Program-made: the position numbers and the translations under genes
Shown: positions 24,190 to 37,800 of the stretch, piece after piece
Layout: every line of letters begins with the position of its first letter
Numbering within the stretch: position 1 is the first letter of the stretch
Notes under the pieces: generated by a model
Databases searched by the model: none
Told to the model about the DNA's origin: nothing
What the model saw: the letters and a program-made list of their open reading frames with translations, nothing else
Assembly (NCBI GenBank): GCA_043228905.1
Contig: JBHGNT010000021.1
Span: 186,001 to 250,000 of the forward strand
Length of the DNA stretch: 64,000 nt
Source: Azolla caroliniana
Lineage: Eukaryota; Plantae; Polypodiophyta
Reading direction: 5' to 3'

Positions 24190-25629
24190 TAACTCTTTTC
24201 TTCTTGTTGATTGCATCGCAGAGCTGCTTCAAATCATCATGCACACACCGTGTGCCATCTCAATATACAAGTCTAATAAATGTGTATTGCTAAATAAACG
24301 AACACTTTTGCCTTTTTTTTGTTCTTGACCTTGTTGGTTGCACAGAGTTGTTGTTTACTATATATAATCAATCAATAAAGCTGGCAATTCAAAAATCCTT
24401 AGTCTTCTCTCTACATGTGACTTGGAATCCTATTACACAATTATACATGTGCTAGGTAATATTATTCATGTTGAAGTGTAGAAAGGGTTTGAAAATTTGG
24501 GCTTCTTTGAAGAAAGATAGGAACACTCATCTCATAAGTTACAAAGATTAATTCCCTCTTATCCAAATTTCAATATTGAAAAGCCAAAGTTCTGGAAAAC
24601 ATTTTACGGTAGTATGTTTGACGATGCATTATTTCATGTGGCCCATTCATAGATTGGGTACACAAGCTTGAGTGCTATAGCCTACTTGGTTGAGAGAAGC
24701 AATAATGAAGCAAAGAGTGATAGCGCCTTACTGCATTGTGTTGGAGGGAGGAAAACTTATGACGAGCCAAATTTTGCAATTAAAACCAATGCAATATACA
24801 ACATTGGTTACCTGTGCACATTTTCTAATAAAGGGATAATTGATGAAGCGTGACATTGAAATGCAAGACTACAGTATAGAGGACCACAATAAGCAACACA
24901 CCCTACAATATCCTGTCTTTATACAGCGAGATGGAGTTTTTTTAATATGCATACGTATGTATATGTATATATATATACAATATATGTATGTATACACATA
25001 TATATTATACATACATAAATATAAAAATAAATGTAGGCAGTCTGAGTCAACTACCAATAAAGAGGCAAACTCAGTACTTATGGTTGGACAAAATCAAACC
25101 AATACTTGTTTCAGGTGATCCGCACAGGAAAAAGGAATATGTAGCTATAGACTATAGTATCTAAGATTCTAATAAGAAATAGCCCGCTGGTATGATTGCC
25201 CAAGGCAAACAGAGAGCTATATAGACATACATACATACATATATACGTCTTCCAATCGAGCAAGAGATTGATTACTATTCATCTTAAAAGTTTTTGTCAT
25301 CTTTGAGATCGACAAGCAAAAAAAATAAAGTTTGTCGGAGCGGCCCAATAGTAGAGAGAGAGAGAGAGAGAGAGAGATCTTATGGGTTCTCATCTCTTCT
25401 CCAACCAATCAATCCTAACTCCTCGTTCTGTTTCTGTTGTATGCTCAAAATAAACCCCACCTTTCCTGCTTGTTCCTGCTAAAATCTTGTGGCCATGCTC
25501 AGAACCCATCTTCTCTCTCACCTCTCCTATTACCTCTCTCTCCTCCTTTCACAACTCTTCCCTTCTTCTTCTTCTTCTTCTTCTTCTTCTTCTCTTCATC
25601 CACATTTCTCTGCTCTCTCACTTTGATTT

Positions 25630-28600
25630 GATGGCCTCCTCGTCACTGCTCCTCATCTCCCAGGAGCTTCTTCTTCTTCCTGCAAAATTAATCCTAACCC
25701 TGATACAACCCCAAACCCAGATCCTACTTTAAACCTAAACCTTAATCCAAACCCTGAACTTGAAGTATACTCTGTCCCTAATCCTAATGCTCTTATACGG
25801 CTTGAAGTGCTGAATTGGCTCGTTGTCGTTACACACATGCTTATCGCTATCCTCTCTAAGATTGATCCTGATCTTGACGCGTCTGCAAGAGGGCTCCTAC
25901 AAGCTTCTAGAAACATAAGAAGAGAAGAACTAGCGCTTCTAGAAGCTTCCGAGGTTTCCAGTTGTGATGACATTGTTCACCATGGATGCGAATCCAGTCA
26001 TGATTATCGTTGTATGGACCACCTATTTCTTTTTCTTTGTATTGGGCTACCAGAGAGGTCTAAATTGGTAGAGAGATTAAAGAATCTGGCCATCCTGATG
26101 AGAAGATCAGGAAAGGATGAAAATGGAGGGAGAATGAATAAGGTAGCCCTTTCAATGCACAAATCTAAACTGAATGAAACTAGAGGGACATAAAAAAACA
26201 TGGTGATTTCAATGCAGACACCTGAAATCGTTGAAACTCGAGATTTCTTGAAGAAATGTGAGGAGACTGCTGTTGCACTGAAGAGATTTTCAGCCCATTT
26301 GGGAAGAATATTTAATGATCTAGAAACCAACCTCCAGACATCAGTTGACGTTATTAAGAGAATTCTGGCCCAATCGCATGAACTTCTTGCAAAAAACAGT
26401 TTAGCCAGACAAATATGGACATCGGTTCACATCTTTCTGAATACCATTAGCAAAGGTATGCTCCTAACTATATAATTAGACGTATTTTATGATAGCACAT
26501 GGAGTCCTACCTCAATCCAAACATACACTTCTATTAGGATAATCCTGTGGCCATTCTACTATGCTTCTGACACATTCTTAATTACGGATTTAGCCTAAAA
26601 CAAGCATGTTTACAGGTAGGCCTAATTTATACGAGATCATTAAAGGGGTATGAAAAGTGTCTCTTCATCCAGAAATCTAGCATTTTTCAGAAGCCCCATT
26701 AACTTCTTCCTTGTTAAATAGGGTTTGTTGTGCTCAATAGATATGTCCAAGCCCTAGAGTACCACAAATTATTCCACAAAAGATTAGAGAATATCATGAT
26801 TCATAATAATAACAAAGAAAATATAATAGATATGTCCAAGTTATCACGAATACAAATAACAAAGAAAATATTCCACAAAAGATGCAAGAATGTGATTTTG
26901 GCCCCGTAGGTACTAAGCTCTTTAAGAGGTAAGTCTTGTAACAATGGTCATGTTTATTCTACTAGGTTACTAACAATCACTAGTTTTGTAACTAATGATA
27001 GGCGTATCATTGCAAATTTTCCTGGAGGTGCATTTTATCTAGAGCTCGGGAAGCAGCCCAATCAATCTTCTTTGCAAGCATACCTATGGAAGAAAATGTG
27101 TAGGAGAAGATCCACTTATAGATTTTCCCATTTCAAAGGTAGTTTTGCATCCCAGGAGGAAGGAATTTCTTCTCTTTCGCACCAAGCCCAAGAAGGGCTT
27201 CCTAGCCTCTTTGTACTGGATGATGTACACAAACCTTCAGATTTGAGGCCTTTTATGTGCTTTGATGGCAAGGACAAGGGGAGGATCCTTGTTATCTCTA
27301 GTGATGTTAGAAATGTAATTTCTGAATGGGAAAATGATGCTTTTGTGGCAGTTTTAAGTCCTTTAAGCAGTGAAGAAGCTCTTGAACTTTTTAAGTCCAC
27401 TGTGGGTGCATTCTGGGTTCAGATTGGGCATCCACCTTTATAGATCTGGTTGATAGATGCTCAGGACTGCCACGATTGCTTCAAGCTACTGCAAGTTTCG
27501 TCAGCTATGTGCAAGGGTTAGGGATGCTTTCACATCCTCATATTGAGAATCTCCTCAGCAAGGATTGTTGGCCAAGAATCAATGGAATGACTGAGGATAA
27601 TATGCGCCCTGATATGTCCTTGTCGGATCAAGTCTTAGAGCTTTTATTCAATGCCCTCGGGGAAGTGCATCCATACTTCTATGCTAGTAGATATCTGGGG
27701 GATAGGAGACCGAATCGACAAGAAAAGAGTTCTTTTTGCACTGGGTTTGCTAGCTGGTTGGTTTTTTGTAAAATGGAGGGTAATAGAAGAAGACGACAAA
27801 CCAGATCTGTTGGATCCATTTGATAATGATTGTCCTTTACAGTGGAGGCTAGCAGGTAGATTCTACGAGCTTGCCCAGACGAATAATTAATAGGAGATCA
27901 AAGGAATCCTCTGGATTTAGTCCATTAGCTGATGAATATGCACTGTGCAAATATGGACAGGGCACAAAAACTCTATTTTTGTTCTCGTTGATGAAAACTG
28001 CCAGTGAGGCAATCAATAATTTTATTGGACTTTGCATGAATAGCGAGAATTTAGCCCATCACTCTGATACCCTTGTGGAGGAGATGAACTTCTTCCATTC
28101 TGTCAGAGATACTGCAAAATCAACTGTGATTGAAAGCGACTGCCGATATTTTTCTCCAGTTTGGAGTTCTGATGAGTGGCCCCTAACTTGGATTCAGGGA
28201 GATTTACTGAATCAAGCCACAAAACTTTCACTTATTTCTGGAGGCATAGTCAAGCTTTCTTCAGGATCCAGTTTCCCCAAACTGAAAGTTGCTCTCTTGT
28301 GTGATAACAGAAAAATGAGATGCATTTCAGCAAATATCATCAGTAGCATGGAGAAACTTCGTGTTCTAGATCTAAACAAATGTGTTTCATTAACTGGGAT
28401 TCCAGATACAATCGGTAACCTGGGATCTCTAGAGCTTTTGGATTTGTCAAGGTGCATCAATCTCATATCAGTGCCATGGTCTATCGGTAGGTTGATGAAT
28501 CTGAAGTGCTTCCGAATGTCAGGCTGTTCAACCCTAATACATCTTCCTGAATCACTTGGGAAGGTTTCTCAACTCGAAACACTTCCGAAGTATCTGGGGC

Positions 28601-30229
28601 ATTGCCTCAATCCATTGGTTTCCTATCTTCTCTCTGACATTTGAACCTCTTTTCATGCTGTTCCTTGGACCACCTTCTAGGCATCGGCAACGGTTTGGTT
28701 TAGGCTTAGCCCATATGGCCTTACCCAAGCAAAACCGTTTTGGGGTTCTCAAACCTGAACCGAACCCTAAACCGGTTTGTGAACCGGCTTAGAAACTGGT
28801 TTGGAAACCTCCCTCTCTCTCTCTACTACGATCCACTATGTACTATACAAGCTCCCTCCCTCCCTCCCTCTCTCTCCTTTGTGTAGTCTCTCTCTCTCTC
28901 TCTCTCTCGTCGTCTGTGTAGTCTTCCTCACATACACACTCTCTGTCTCTCCTCTGTGTAGTCTCCCTCTCTCTCTCTCTCTCTTTCTCTCTCGTCGTCT
29001 GTGTAGTCTCCCTCACACACACTCTCCGTCTCTCTCCTCTGTGTAGTCTCTCTCTCTCTCCTCGTCTGTGTAGTCTACCACACACACACACACACACTCT
29101 CTCTCTCTCTCTCTCAAGTTTCTAAACGGCCTAACCGGTTTAGACGGTTTGGCAAGGTTCAAGCCAAGCCGAACCGAGCTCAAACCTAGCCGAACCGAGC
29201 CGCTAAGCCGTTTAAAACGGGTTTAGGCTTGACCCGAGCCGTTCCCGATCCCTACCATCTTCCCACTTCCATAGCTTCATTAAGGAAGCTTACCTTTTTG
29301 GTATTAAGTGGATGTATAAATTTATCATGTCCTCTTCCTTGGATTGATCGAATGGATGGAAGGAAGCTAGAACCATGGCGATACCAATAAATTGTTGGCA
29401 GCTAGGACAGTTGGAATTCCTTCATCTATGCTCCATGAAGAAGCTAACTTACCTTCCTCAATTGGTGGGGAAGCTTCAGCATTTGCGTCATTTGAACCTT
29501 TCGAATTGTCGGTCATTAGAAATTTTACCTAATGATATAGGCTCACTATTTCTACTGGAAAAGGTTGACCTAAGCCATACTGCAATTAGGAAGGTGTCTA
29601 ATACCTTGTGCACCTAAACAGCCTGATTACCTTGTGCCTACTAGGATGCTCGAGATTGGTTTGCAAGCCATATCCGTTTTGGCTTCGAATGGCGGATACC
29701 TGCTCGGTTCGACCAATGGGGTCAATTCAACACCTAGACCTTACCCTTGGTGGCCACATCCTCCTTCTGTCTGCACACTCGAGAGCCTTCAATTATTAGA
29801 CATGGCTGAATGTTGGGATGTTGTTATTCTCCCAGACGAGTTAGGAAAAGAAGGGGGGGCATTGCCCGAGCTGTTAGAATTAGAATTAGACTTGTCGGGC
29901 TGTAGCATCAAGCAACTACCATGCTTATTGCTGGGTTCTCTTCAAAAGCTCCAAAAACTTAATCTGGCTGATTGTCAACATCTGCTCTCTCTTCCAGAAA
30001 CTTTCGGTAATCTTACTTCTCATTGGAGAGGTTTGACCTTGAGGGTTGCAAATCCCTAGTGTCGTTGAAGGAAGTTGGGTTCTTGGAGTTGAAGAAACTT
30101 GAGTGGCTAAGTCTACGCAATTGTTTCTCTCTCGGAAGCTTGCCTGTTTCAGACTTTCTATGTCTTCGGTCCTTGAAATTCCTAGATGTTTGTGGCTGTC
30201 ACCCTTCCGAGAGCCTCTCCTACAGGTAG
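25630..30229 (+). pseudogene. NB-ARC-LRR (NLR) pseudogene
   Basis: Kinase-2 LFVLDDV, RNBS-B GRILVIS and RNBS-C LSPLSSEEALELF (27.2-27.4 kb); NLR-type LRRs (LRVLDLNKCVSLTGIPDTIGNL; LRHLNLSNCRSLEILPNDIG); several stops and frameshifts; MITE insertion; no clean P-loop found. Confidence 0.88.
28678..29254. mobile_element. Non-autonomous hAT element (MITE) inserted in the NLR LRR region
   Basis: TIRs TAGGCATCGGCAACGG versus TAGGGATCGGGAACGG (14/16); 8-bp TSD CCACCTTC/CCATCTTC; AAACCG/CGGTTT subterminal motifs; CT/CA microsatellite core. Confidence 0.9.
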
Positions 30230-31620
30230 CTAGGGAGCAACGTTTTACGCTGGTTCGTTAGGGGGGCAGTTTGGCACTAACACATCTTTATTACGGTACT
30301 CAACTCACCTCCACTCTGACGTTTTGGATTCTGTTTGGTCTGGTTCTACTGTACATTCTACTTAGGGTTTGGCGTTGTCTTACGAGTCTTTGTACATTCT
30401 ATAGATTGTCACTCTACTTAGCGTATAGGGTTTTCTTATAAGAGCCAAGTTTGCATTCTATCCATCCAATGATTATACATTATCAAACTACTTGGTATTT
30501 GGATTTTTCTTACAAGAATGAAGCGTACAATCCAAACAATAATGACCATGCAGGTCTGGGTAGATTGCTTTCGAGCGGTTTATAAAGCCAAAAGCCAATG
30601 TTTGGTCACAGTTGCCAAACTTGCTTTCAATGTGAAAAATGGTGTTTGTGTCAATGGAAATTGACAAGTCAACCTAAAATATGGTCTAAAATAAAAATAG
30701 ATGATAATATTCGGTCATGAATGAAGTGATTATTTAGAATAAAACAATATGCTCAACAGAAGTTAACATCTCTTAGAACATGAGTACCCTTGATTGCTCA
30801 CAGTCAACAGAAGTTAGCACTTGCAGATATGCTGATCAGGTTTGAAAAATACATGTAATTTGTGTGCATTTTCTTTGCTAGTTGATCACCTGGCCAGAAT
30901 GATTTGATAAATTTCTTTGCTCTGTGACCAGAATGATTTGATAAATTTAGGGTTTAGTGTTGATGCTTTCTTATTGAGAACAAAACCAGGTCGTACATCT
31001 ATAGATCTCAGGTGCAGAACGTCCAGATGTAAATTATATTTCTTTGACCTTTTCCTCAGTGCTAAATTATGTTTACTATATTTTGTACGGACTAGATAAA
31101 TTTGGTGGAAGTGAAGTGATTAGATTTGTAAAGACTACAGTTACATTATATTTATAAACGAGGACATGAATGTTGTAATGGATTCACTTCACTGGTTGAC
31201 TGCATTACTGAGATGAAATGTAAAACTTGTAGCATGTAGCAAACAAGATAAAAAGACACTTCTACATCAAAATGATCTATGCAGCTATAGTGAATACACA
31301 TCTCACTGAAATATGACTGTTGCAATTACTTTGTAGATTCTACTTGTAATGAAATAAGGGTTTGTTAATATCTGGCATTCATATCGTTATGAAGAAAGTA
31401 AAAGAGAAGATTGTTGGATATCATGCCAAGTTTGTTAATATCATGCATACATACCGTTGCCAAGAAATACAAAGATGTGAGCTTAAGATGCAGAAAGAAA
31501 TACTGTATGGAAAAAACTGCCAAATTTTGATGCAGAAAGAAGTGAATTTAACTGAAGAAAGTAAAAAAGAAGATTGTTGGATATTATGCCAAGTTTGTTA
31601 ATATCGTACATGTATGCTTA

Positions 31621-31734
31621 TTTCATACATGCAAAGATTTAATTTAAGCTTTATTTATCATCTGTATCAATCTTGAATTTCATACATGCAAAGATTTATA
31701 ATTTAAGCTTTATTTATCATCTGTATCAATCTTG
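31621..31734. repeat. ~57-bp tandem duplication
   Basis: TTTCATACATGCAAAGATTT..AATTTAAGCTTTATTTATCATCTGTATCAATCTTG occurs twice. Confidence 0.85.
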
Positions 31735-31830
31735 GTAATTCAATGTCCCTTAAATGCTATATCTTATGTATCTAAATATCTGGCTAAGCTTATGCAAGCT
31801 TTCAATCTATTTTATTAGAGTTTAACTATG

Positions 31831-34800
31831 CTATCTAAAAATTGATGCTCTCCATATAAGATCGGCAAACTCTGGGTAGTCCACAAAAGGATTTCTATTA
31901 TGCTGATACATGGTGCATACTCGCCAGTTTCTTATCTTCTCCTCACTTGAAGGAAGATCTGTTGCATTCCAATGAAGCAGCACTGACAAAAGCCCCATGC
32001 GATGAAGTTCTGGAAATCCACAAAAGTGGACATTCAGAATGTATATCATTCACGTATAACATATAAATTTAAACCACCTAGCATGCCTGTATTTATTGCT
32101 ACCTTGAATCAAATGCATGGTTTTTCATGAGAGGATATTCATGCTGCAAAAAGTAAATTTTATGATTGCAAACCAGCATTAGGGGAATCTGATAGCTGGA
32201 AATGCCCTCCATCTGCCTCACTGGTTCCATAACGAACAGCCATATACATCAGAGATCGAGCTATATCCCCTCTTACCTGCCATGATAAGATACAAAAAGG
32301 TGTACTGGCATCTCATAGACTTGTTATGTCTTAAAATTCCTTTATATATCAGGGAAATTGTTAAAAATATTGAGAATCGATTAGATAGACATATAGAGTA
32401 CCAATCATAGAGATGTATATATGAAAACGGTGTAACATTAAATGTGCAAGTCAATTGATGGTAGTGGAGATATTCCTTTTCTGTCAACTAACTTGTCATT
32501 TAATATGACCCAACTCCCTAGATACAACTGGTGCTAGCTAGTACTTATCTTAGAGTCAATGGCACATACTTCAAGACTAAGTACATTGTAACTTGCCCAC
32601 AGAATATTCTTCAAGTTGACTTGATTAGTCAATCCTATTAGCCTACTTCGCTCTTTCCTAAATACATTGTCTCCTACTCATCTATGGATTCTTAGATTAA
32701 CACCTTATCGACCCATATGGTCAAGTTGCACAATAGTGATAGTGAATATCTTGGCAATGGTCATGCAACTATGATTGTCACACCTCAATACCGTTGGCGT
32801 CCTCATTGGAACCGCCACATCTATAAGGATTCTTCTTAGGCAAACTACCTCGCATGTCGCTATGCATGCCGCTTAGTATTCCGCCTCCATTGAAGATAGT
32901 GCCACTGTTGGTTGCATTTACTGCTCCATGAAACAACTCCAGAACCCATTGACAAGCAATATCCAGAAACTGATTTTTTGGAATCACTATCTCCAGCCCA
33001 GTCGAAGTCGCAATACCCACTAAGTTCGTCAACTGTTGGCTTGTAGAAGATTCTATAATTTAAAGTACCCACAATGTACTTAACACACATGCTGCAACTT
33101 GCCAATGCGTCTCCTTTGGCTTGTTGCTGAATCACCTCACCACATCGACTGCAAAGCAAATATCAAGCCTAGTGTTGCATTGGAAAATTAGACTCCCTAC
33201 TAGCTGTCTATACTTTCTTATGTCAACCATTAGTGAAGGGTCTTCTTGGGATAGCTTGCAGTTTGGCTTCATTGGAGTCGACTTCGACTTATCGTCCATC
33301 ATCCCAAAGGTCTTCACGATCTCTGTTGTGTACTTTCTTTGTGACATGAAGATGCCAACCCAGGTTTGCAAAATCTCAATCCAAGGAAGTAGTGTAGAAT
33401 TCCCAAGTCCATCATTTCAAACTTAGTTTTCAAACACGTGTTTGGCCAATACACTCGTCATGGTCACCAGTAAGTACTAGATCATCCACGTAATGATGAT
33501 GATGACTTGTTTCCCATCCTTCATTCTGACATACATACTTGCATCAGAAGCACATTGCTTAAAGTCGATTGATCGTAAGAAGCTGTCTATCCTCATGATG
33601 TTGTCGTATTTTGATATCCTCACCTCTTTCCACTTTGGGTCGAACATGGCTTCCTCCACTGAGGTCGGCTCACTCATTGAGCCTATGATGTCCACCATTA
33701 GAGCCATGTTGAGAATGTGGTCGAAGGTTCTCCCTTGCTCTTGTATTCTTCTTGATCTTTGTAATATCTCACTAAACCTATGATGTCCACCATTAGAGCC
33801 ATGTTGACAATGCGGTTGAAGGTTCTCCCTTGCTCTTGTATTCTTCTTGCGCCTTACCCCTATTCCTACAACCTTGCCAGCAAAATCTGTTATTTCTGCA
33901 CCTGACTTCTTGAATCGAACATCAAGACCCTTGTCAGTCAATGCAGAAATGGACAATAGATTCTTCTTGAGATCTGGCACGTACAACACTTGAGAGAGAT
34001 GCACCAGTCGTTGCTTTGAGGGAGACGGTTCCGGTTCCTTTGGCTGGACATCGAGCATTGTTCCTGACCACAACATTGATGGGCTCTTGTAGAGGTGTCC
34101 AAGAGTTGTACTAGTCACGATTACTGGTCATATGTCAGGACGCTCCACTATTGAGAATCCAAGAGTCGTCGACAACTTGAGTGTCAACTGAAGAACACAC
34201 TTCTTCAGTTGCGACCCATAACTCAAGCTCATCTACGACATTGTTGGCGAACTCGGGATCTCTCCAAGAAGTCTTACTAGAACCATTCTTCTCATCCGCC
34301 ATCTTCTTTCGACAATCCTTGATTGTGTGACCCTTCTTGTCACAGTAGAAACACGATCTATTGAACTTCTTCTTCTCTGGTATCTTATTCACATTGTTTG
34401 AATTGGATGCCCCTTTACCCTTAGTCCTAGAGACAAATGCCGAATCTTCCCTTCCTTCTCTTGTCTTCAGCCGAAGCTCCTCTTCGAGCAGCATTGCACT
34501 TAGTTCATCAAAATTTAAAGGTGTGGGTCGAACCTGAGTGTTCAATGCTCTCACAATGCCATCATATTCGGAAGGAAGTACTCGAATACACCGACGAGCC
34601 ATATCCTCTGGAGAGACGACTACTCCAACAGCAGCCAGCTGATCTTGAATATCCTTAATCCTTTTTACGAAGGATTCCACTTACTCTCCATCAACGAGCT
34701 TCTTTGCAGTAAGCTGATTTTCGAGGTTTTGTATCCTTTTATAGTTTTTGGTCTTATATTGGCTGGCCAATATGCTCCAAGCTTCATGTGCCCTAGTCGT

Positions 34801-37800
34801 ATGTTGCACTAATGTTGGTACAGAGTCACATACACTAGTGACTATGGTACACAGGCCTGTCGCAAAGTTTCGTGTGTGTGTGTGTGTGTGTGTGTTACTT
34901 GGGCGGGACCATGGGGGTCTCGGACTAGGGAGTAAGAAGGGTTAGAGAAGACCCATGGTTTGCTTGTTGATGAAGACTTCTTGCCGGGCAAGAGCTCGTT
35001 GCCCCCTTTGTGGAGCCAGCTTTCGTTGACCACGACTCGTCGAGCATGTGGGCTCGTCGAGCATTGGCTCTCATCGAGCTTTCGGGCTCACCGCACGAGT
35101 GAACGAACGAGTACAAAAGGAAAGACGAGCACACAAGGCGAACATACAAGGAACGGGGGAACACACATTCACGAATGCCCAGATGCCTTCATGTGCATGG
35201 GCACGCCTGAAACGCTCCCTTGTCACAAGACGACTGAACGCATAAGTCCGAACGCCTTGATGAGGAGAGGTGCTTCGGCACACCTGTTAAGCGCTTGGAC
35301 CCGAATTGCTCCCTCATCACAAGACGCACGAATGCACAACAAGAAGGGGACAAGAACACAATCACGAAAGTCCGAACGCCTTGAGGAGGAGCAGTGTTTC
35401 AGAACACCTATCAAGCGTTTAGACCCGAATTGCTCCTTCGTCACAAGACACGGGAACCCACAACAAGAAGGTTTACACGAACACAAATACGAAAGTCTAA
35501 ATGCCTTGAGGACAAGAGGTGCTTCGGAACGCCTATCAAGCGCTCGGACCTGAATTGCTCCCTCATCATATTGCGCGTGAACGCACAACAAGAAGGGGAC
35601 ATGAACACAAACACGAAAGTACGAACGCCTTGAGGAGGAGAGGTGCTTTGGAACGCCTATTAAGCGCTTGAACCCGAATTGCTCCCTCATCCCAAGATGC
35701 GCGAACCCACAACAAAAAGGGGATGTGAACACAAGCACGAAAGTCCGAACGCCTTGAGGACAAGAGGTGCTTCAGAACGCCTATTAAGCGCTTAGACCCG
35801 AATTGCTCCCTCATCATAAGGCACGCGAACGCACAACAAGAAGGGGACATGAACACAAACACGAAAGTCCAAGCGCATTGACGAGGAGTGGTGCTTCGGA
35901 AGGGAGGGGGAGGGGCACCACATTTGTATTTAATGCATATTCCCTCATTTTTTTAAAAAGGAGGAAAAGGAATAAGTTTCCTTGATCCATACTTCACTGT
36001 TAGAGATTAGATTCAAACTCTACACCTCTAGTTGTAAGTCAATGCCTCTAACCACTAGGCCATTCACTCCTTATCTTATATTTAATTCTATAACTAAAAG
36101 TGCAAAGTCTGCCTCTTTCTCTCTCCTTTTCACATGTGCTTTCATCTCTCCTCTCTCTTACTTTTCCACTCCATACATTCATCTCTTTACCTTTTCTCCC
36201 CTCATGCACCCTTCCCCTGTCCATTTCTTTATGCATTGTCCAAGCCAATTGCCCCACATTTGTGTGCACATTGCACATCCGCACTTCAACCCTTGATTGT
36301 CTCCAACAACTCGTAGGAGTCCAAAATGGCGAACATTTTGAACTTCCATAGAATGTAGTTGGTTTCATCTAGCTTTCCATCGGAAAATGGAGGTGGACGA
36401 CTGCGCAGTGGAGCAGCTGCAACATTCATGGACAAGGCCATTGGTACTCTCTCTCTCTCTCTCATGCACAACAACGAGACACTTGAATGTGTGAAAAGCT
36501 TCAAATATCTTGGCCTTGAAGTTCCTTCAAACCATAGATGGAATGAATGTGCTACACACCGTTTAGAGGCGGGTAAGCGAGCATACTATGCATTTGGGAA
36601 CACATGCAATCTTGGAGATATTAAGTGTTGGGTCCTCAAGAAATATCTTTTCGACACTTTGGTGACACCGGTTCTTCTCTATGGGGTGGAGGTATAGGAC
36701 GATAGCATCCCTAAATCTATGGAAAGAGTTTGAAAATGTCCAAAAACATTTTCTTACAAAGTTTCTACAAGTTAAGAAACAAACGCCCTATACCCTCCTC
36801 CTTGAGACGGGATCACTTCCCATTAAGATCATGGCCATGGAAAGGGTTGTTAAATACATGCTTAAGGTTCAAAAAAGTCCCTCACATCGGCTTCCTAGAA
36901 TTGCATGGGAAGCAAGCAAAAAGATCCAAAAGACACACAAAAGCAAAATTTTGTGTTCCGGTTGGATGCAAGATATAGAAAAATGGTTTGGTAGATGGGA
37001 TGCGAGACACTTGCTTCATGATGTATCATTAGATTCCTCTGTAAATGAGGCCTTTTTGCAACGCCAATGTATCATGACATGGGACAAATGTGGAGGTTCA
37101 CGCTTCACACATTATACTACACATGTTGCACCTAACTACAAAACCATAGTCTTTGCGGAACGGGGAAATCATACACATCGATACATGTTAGAGCCCATAC
37201 CGTTATCTGCCATTCGAACCATTGCTTCCATGCGACTTAGCTCACATGCATTGCGATGTGAGACAGGGCGTTGGGGCACAAGTGATGAGAGTGGTCGGCT
37301 ATGCACATTTTGCCCTAAACAAGTTCGGGAGTCTGAGTATCACACTTTGATACAATGCTCTGCCTTTGATCATATCAACCATGCTTTCCACATATCTTCG
37401 ACCGGGCCCAATCCTTGCATGAATTCCTCTCACAACCACAATGTGCACTCTCGATTGCAACATTCATTGGTAAAGTTCTTGAACATCGAGAATCACTACT
37501 CACTTTCACACGTATTACATGAAATGTAATATGTTTGGTCTCATAGGTCATATTTGACCTCCAAAGACGATAATATAATCTATCTATCTATCTGCTGCTA
37601 GACAACAACTACCCGTATGTACCTAATCTAGATCAACCTCTCAGCTCTGATACCATGTTAGAAATATTGAGAATAGATTAGATAAGACACATAGAGTTAC
37701 AATCACAGAGATGGATATATGAAAACAAACTTTCTATTACTTATGAGAGTAGCTCACAATGGTAGTTCGCTTATGTGCTCACACCTTAGAGCTTAGATGG

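Noticed and set aside
35200-35900. Regularly spaced repeats resembling a CRISPR array
   Set aside because: Whole units are homologous with no unique spacers, no cas genes are present, and the context is eukaryotic.
34960-35985. Overlapping ORFs of up to 197 aa
   Set aside because: By-products of the GC-richer tandem array.
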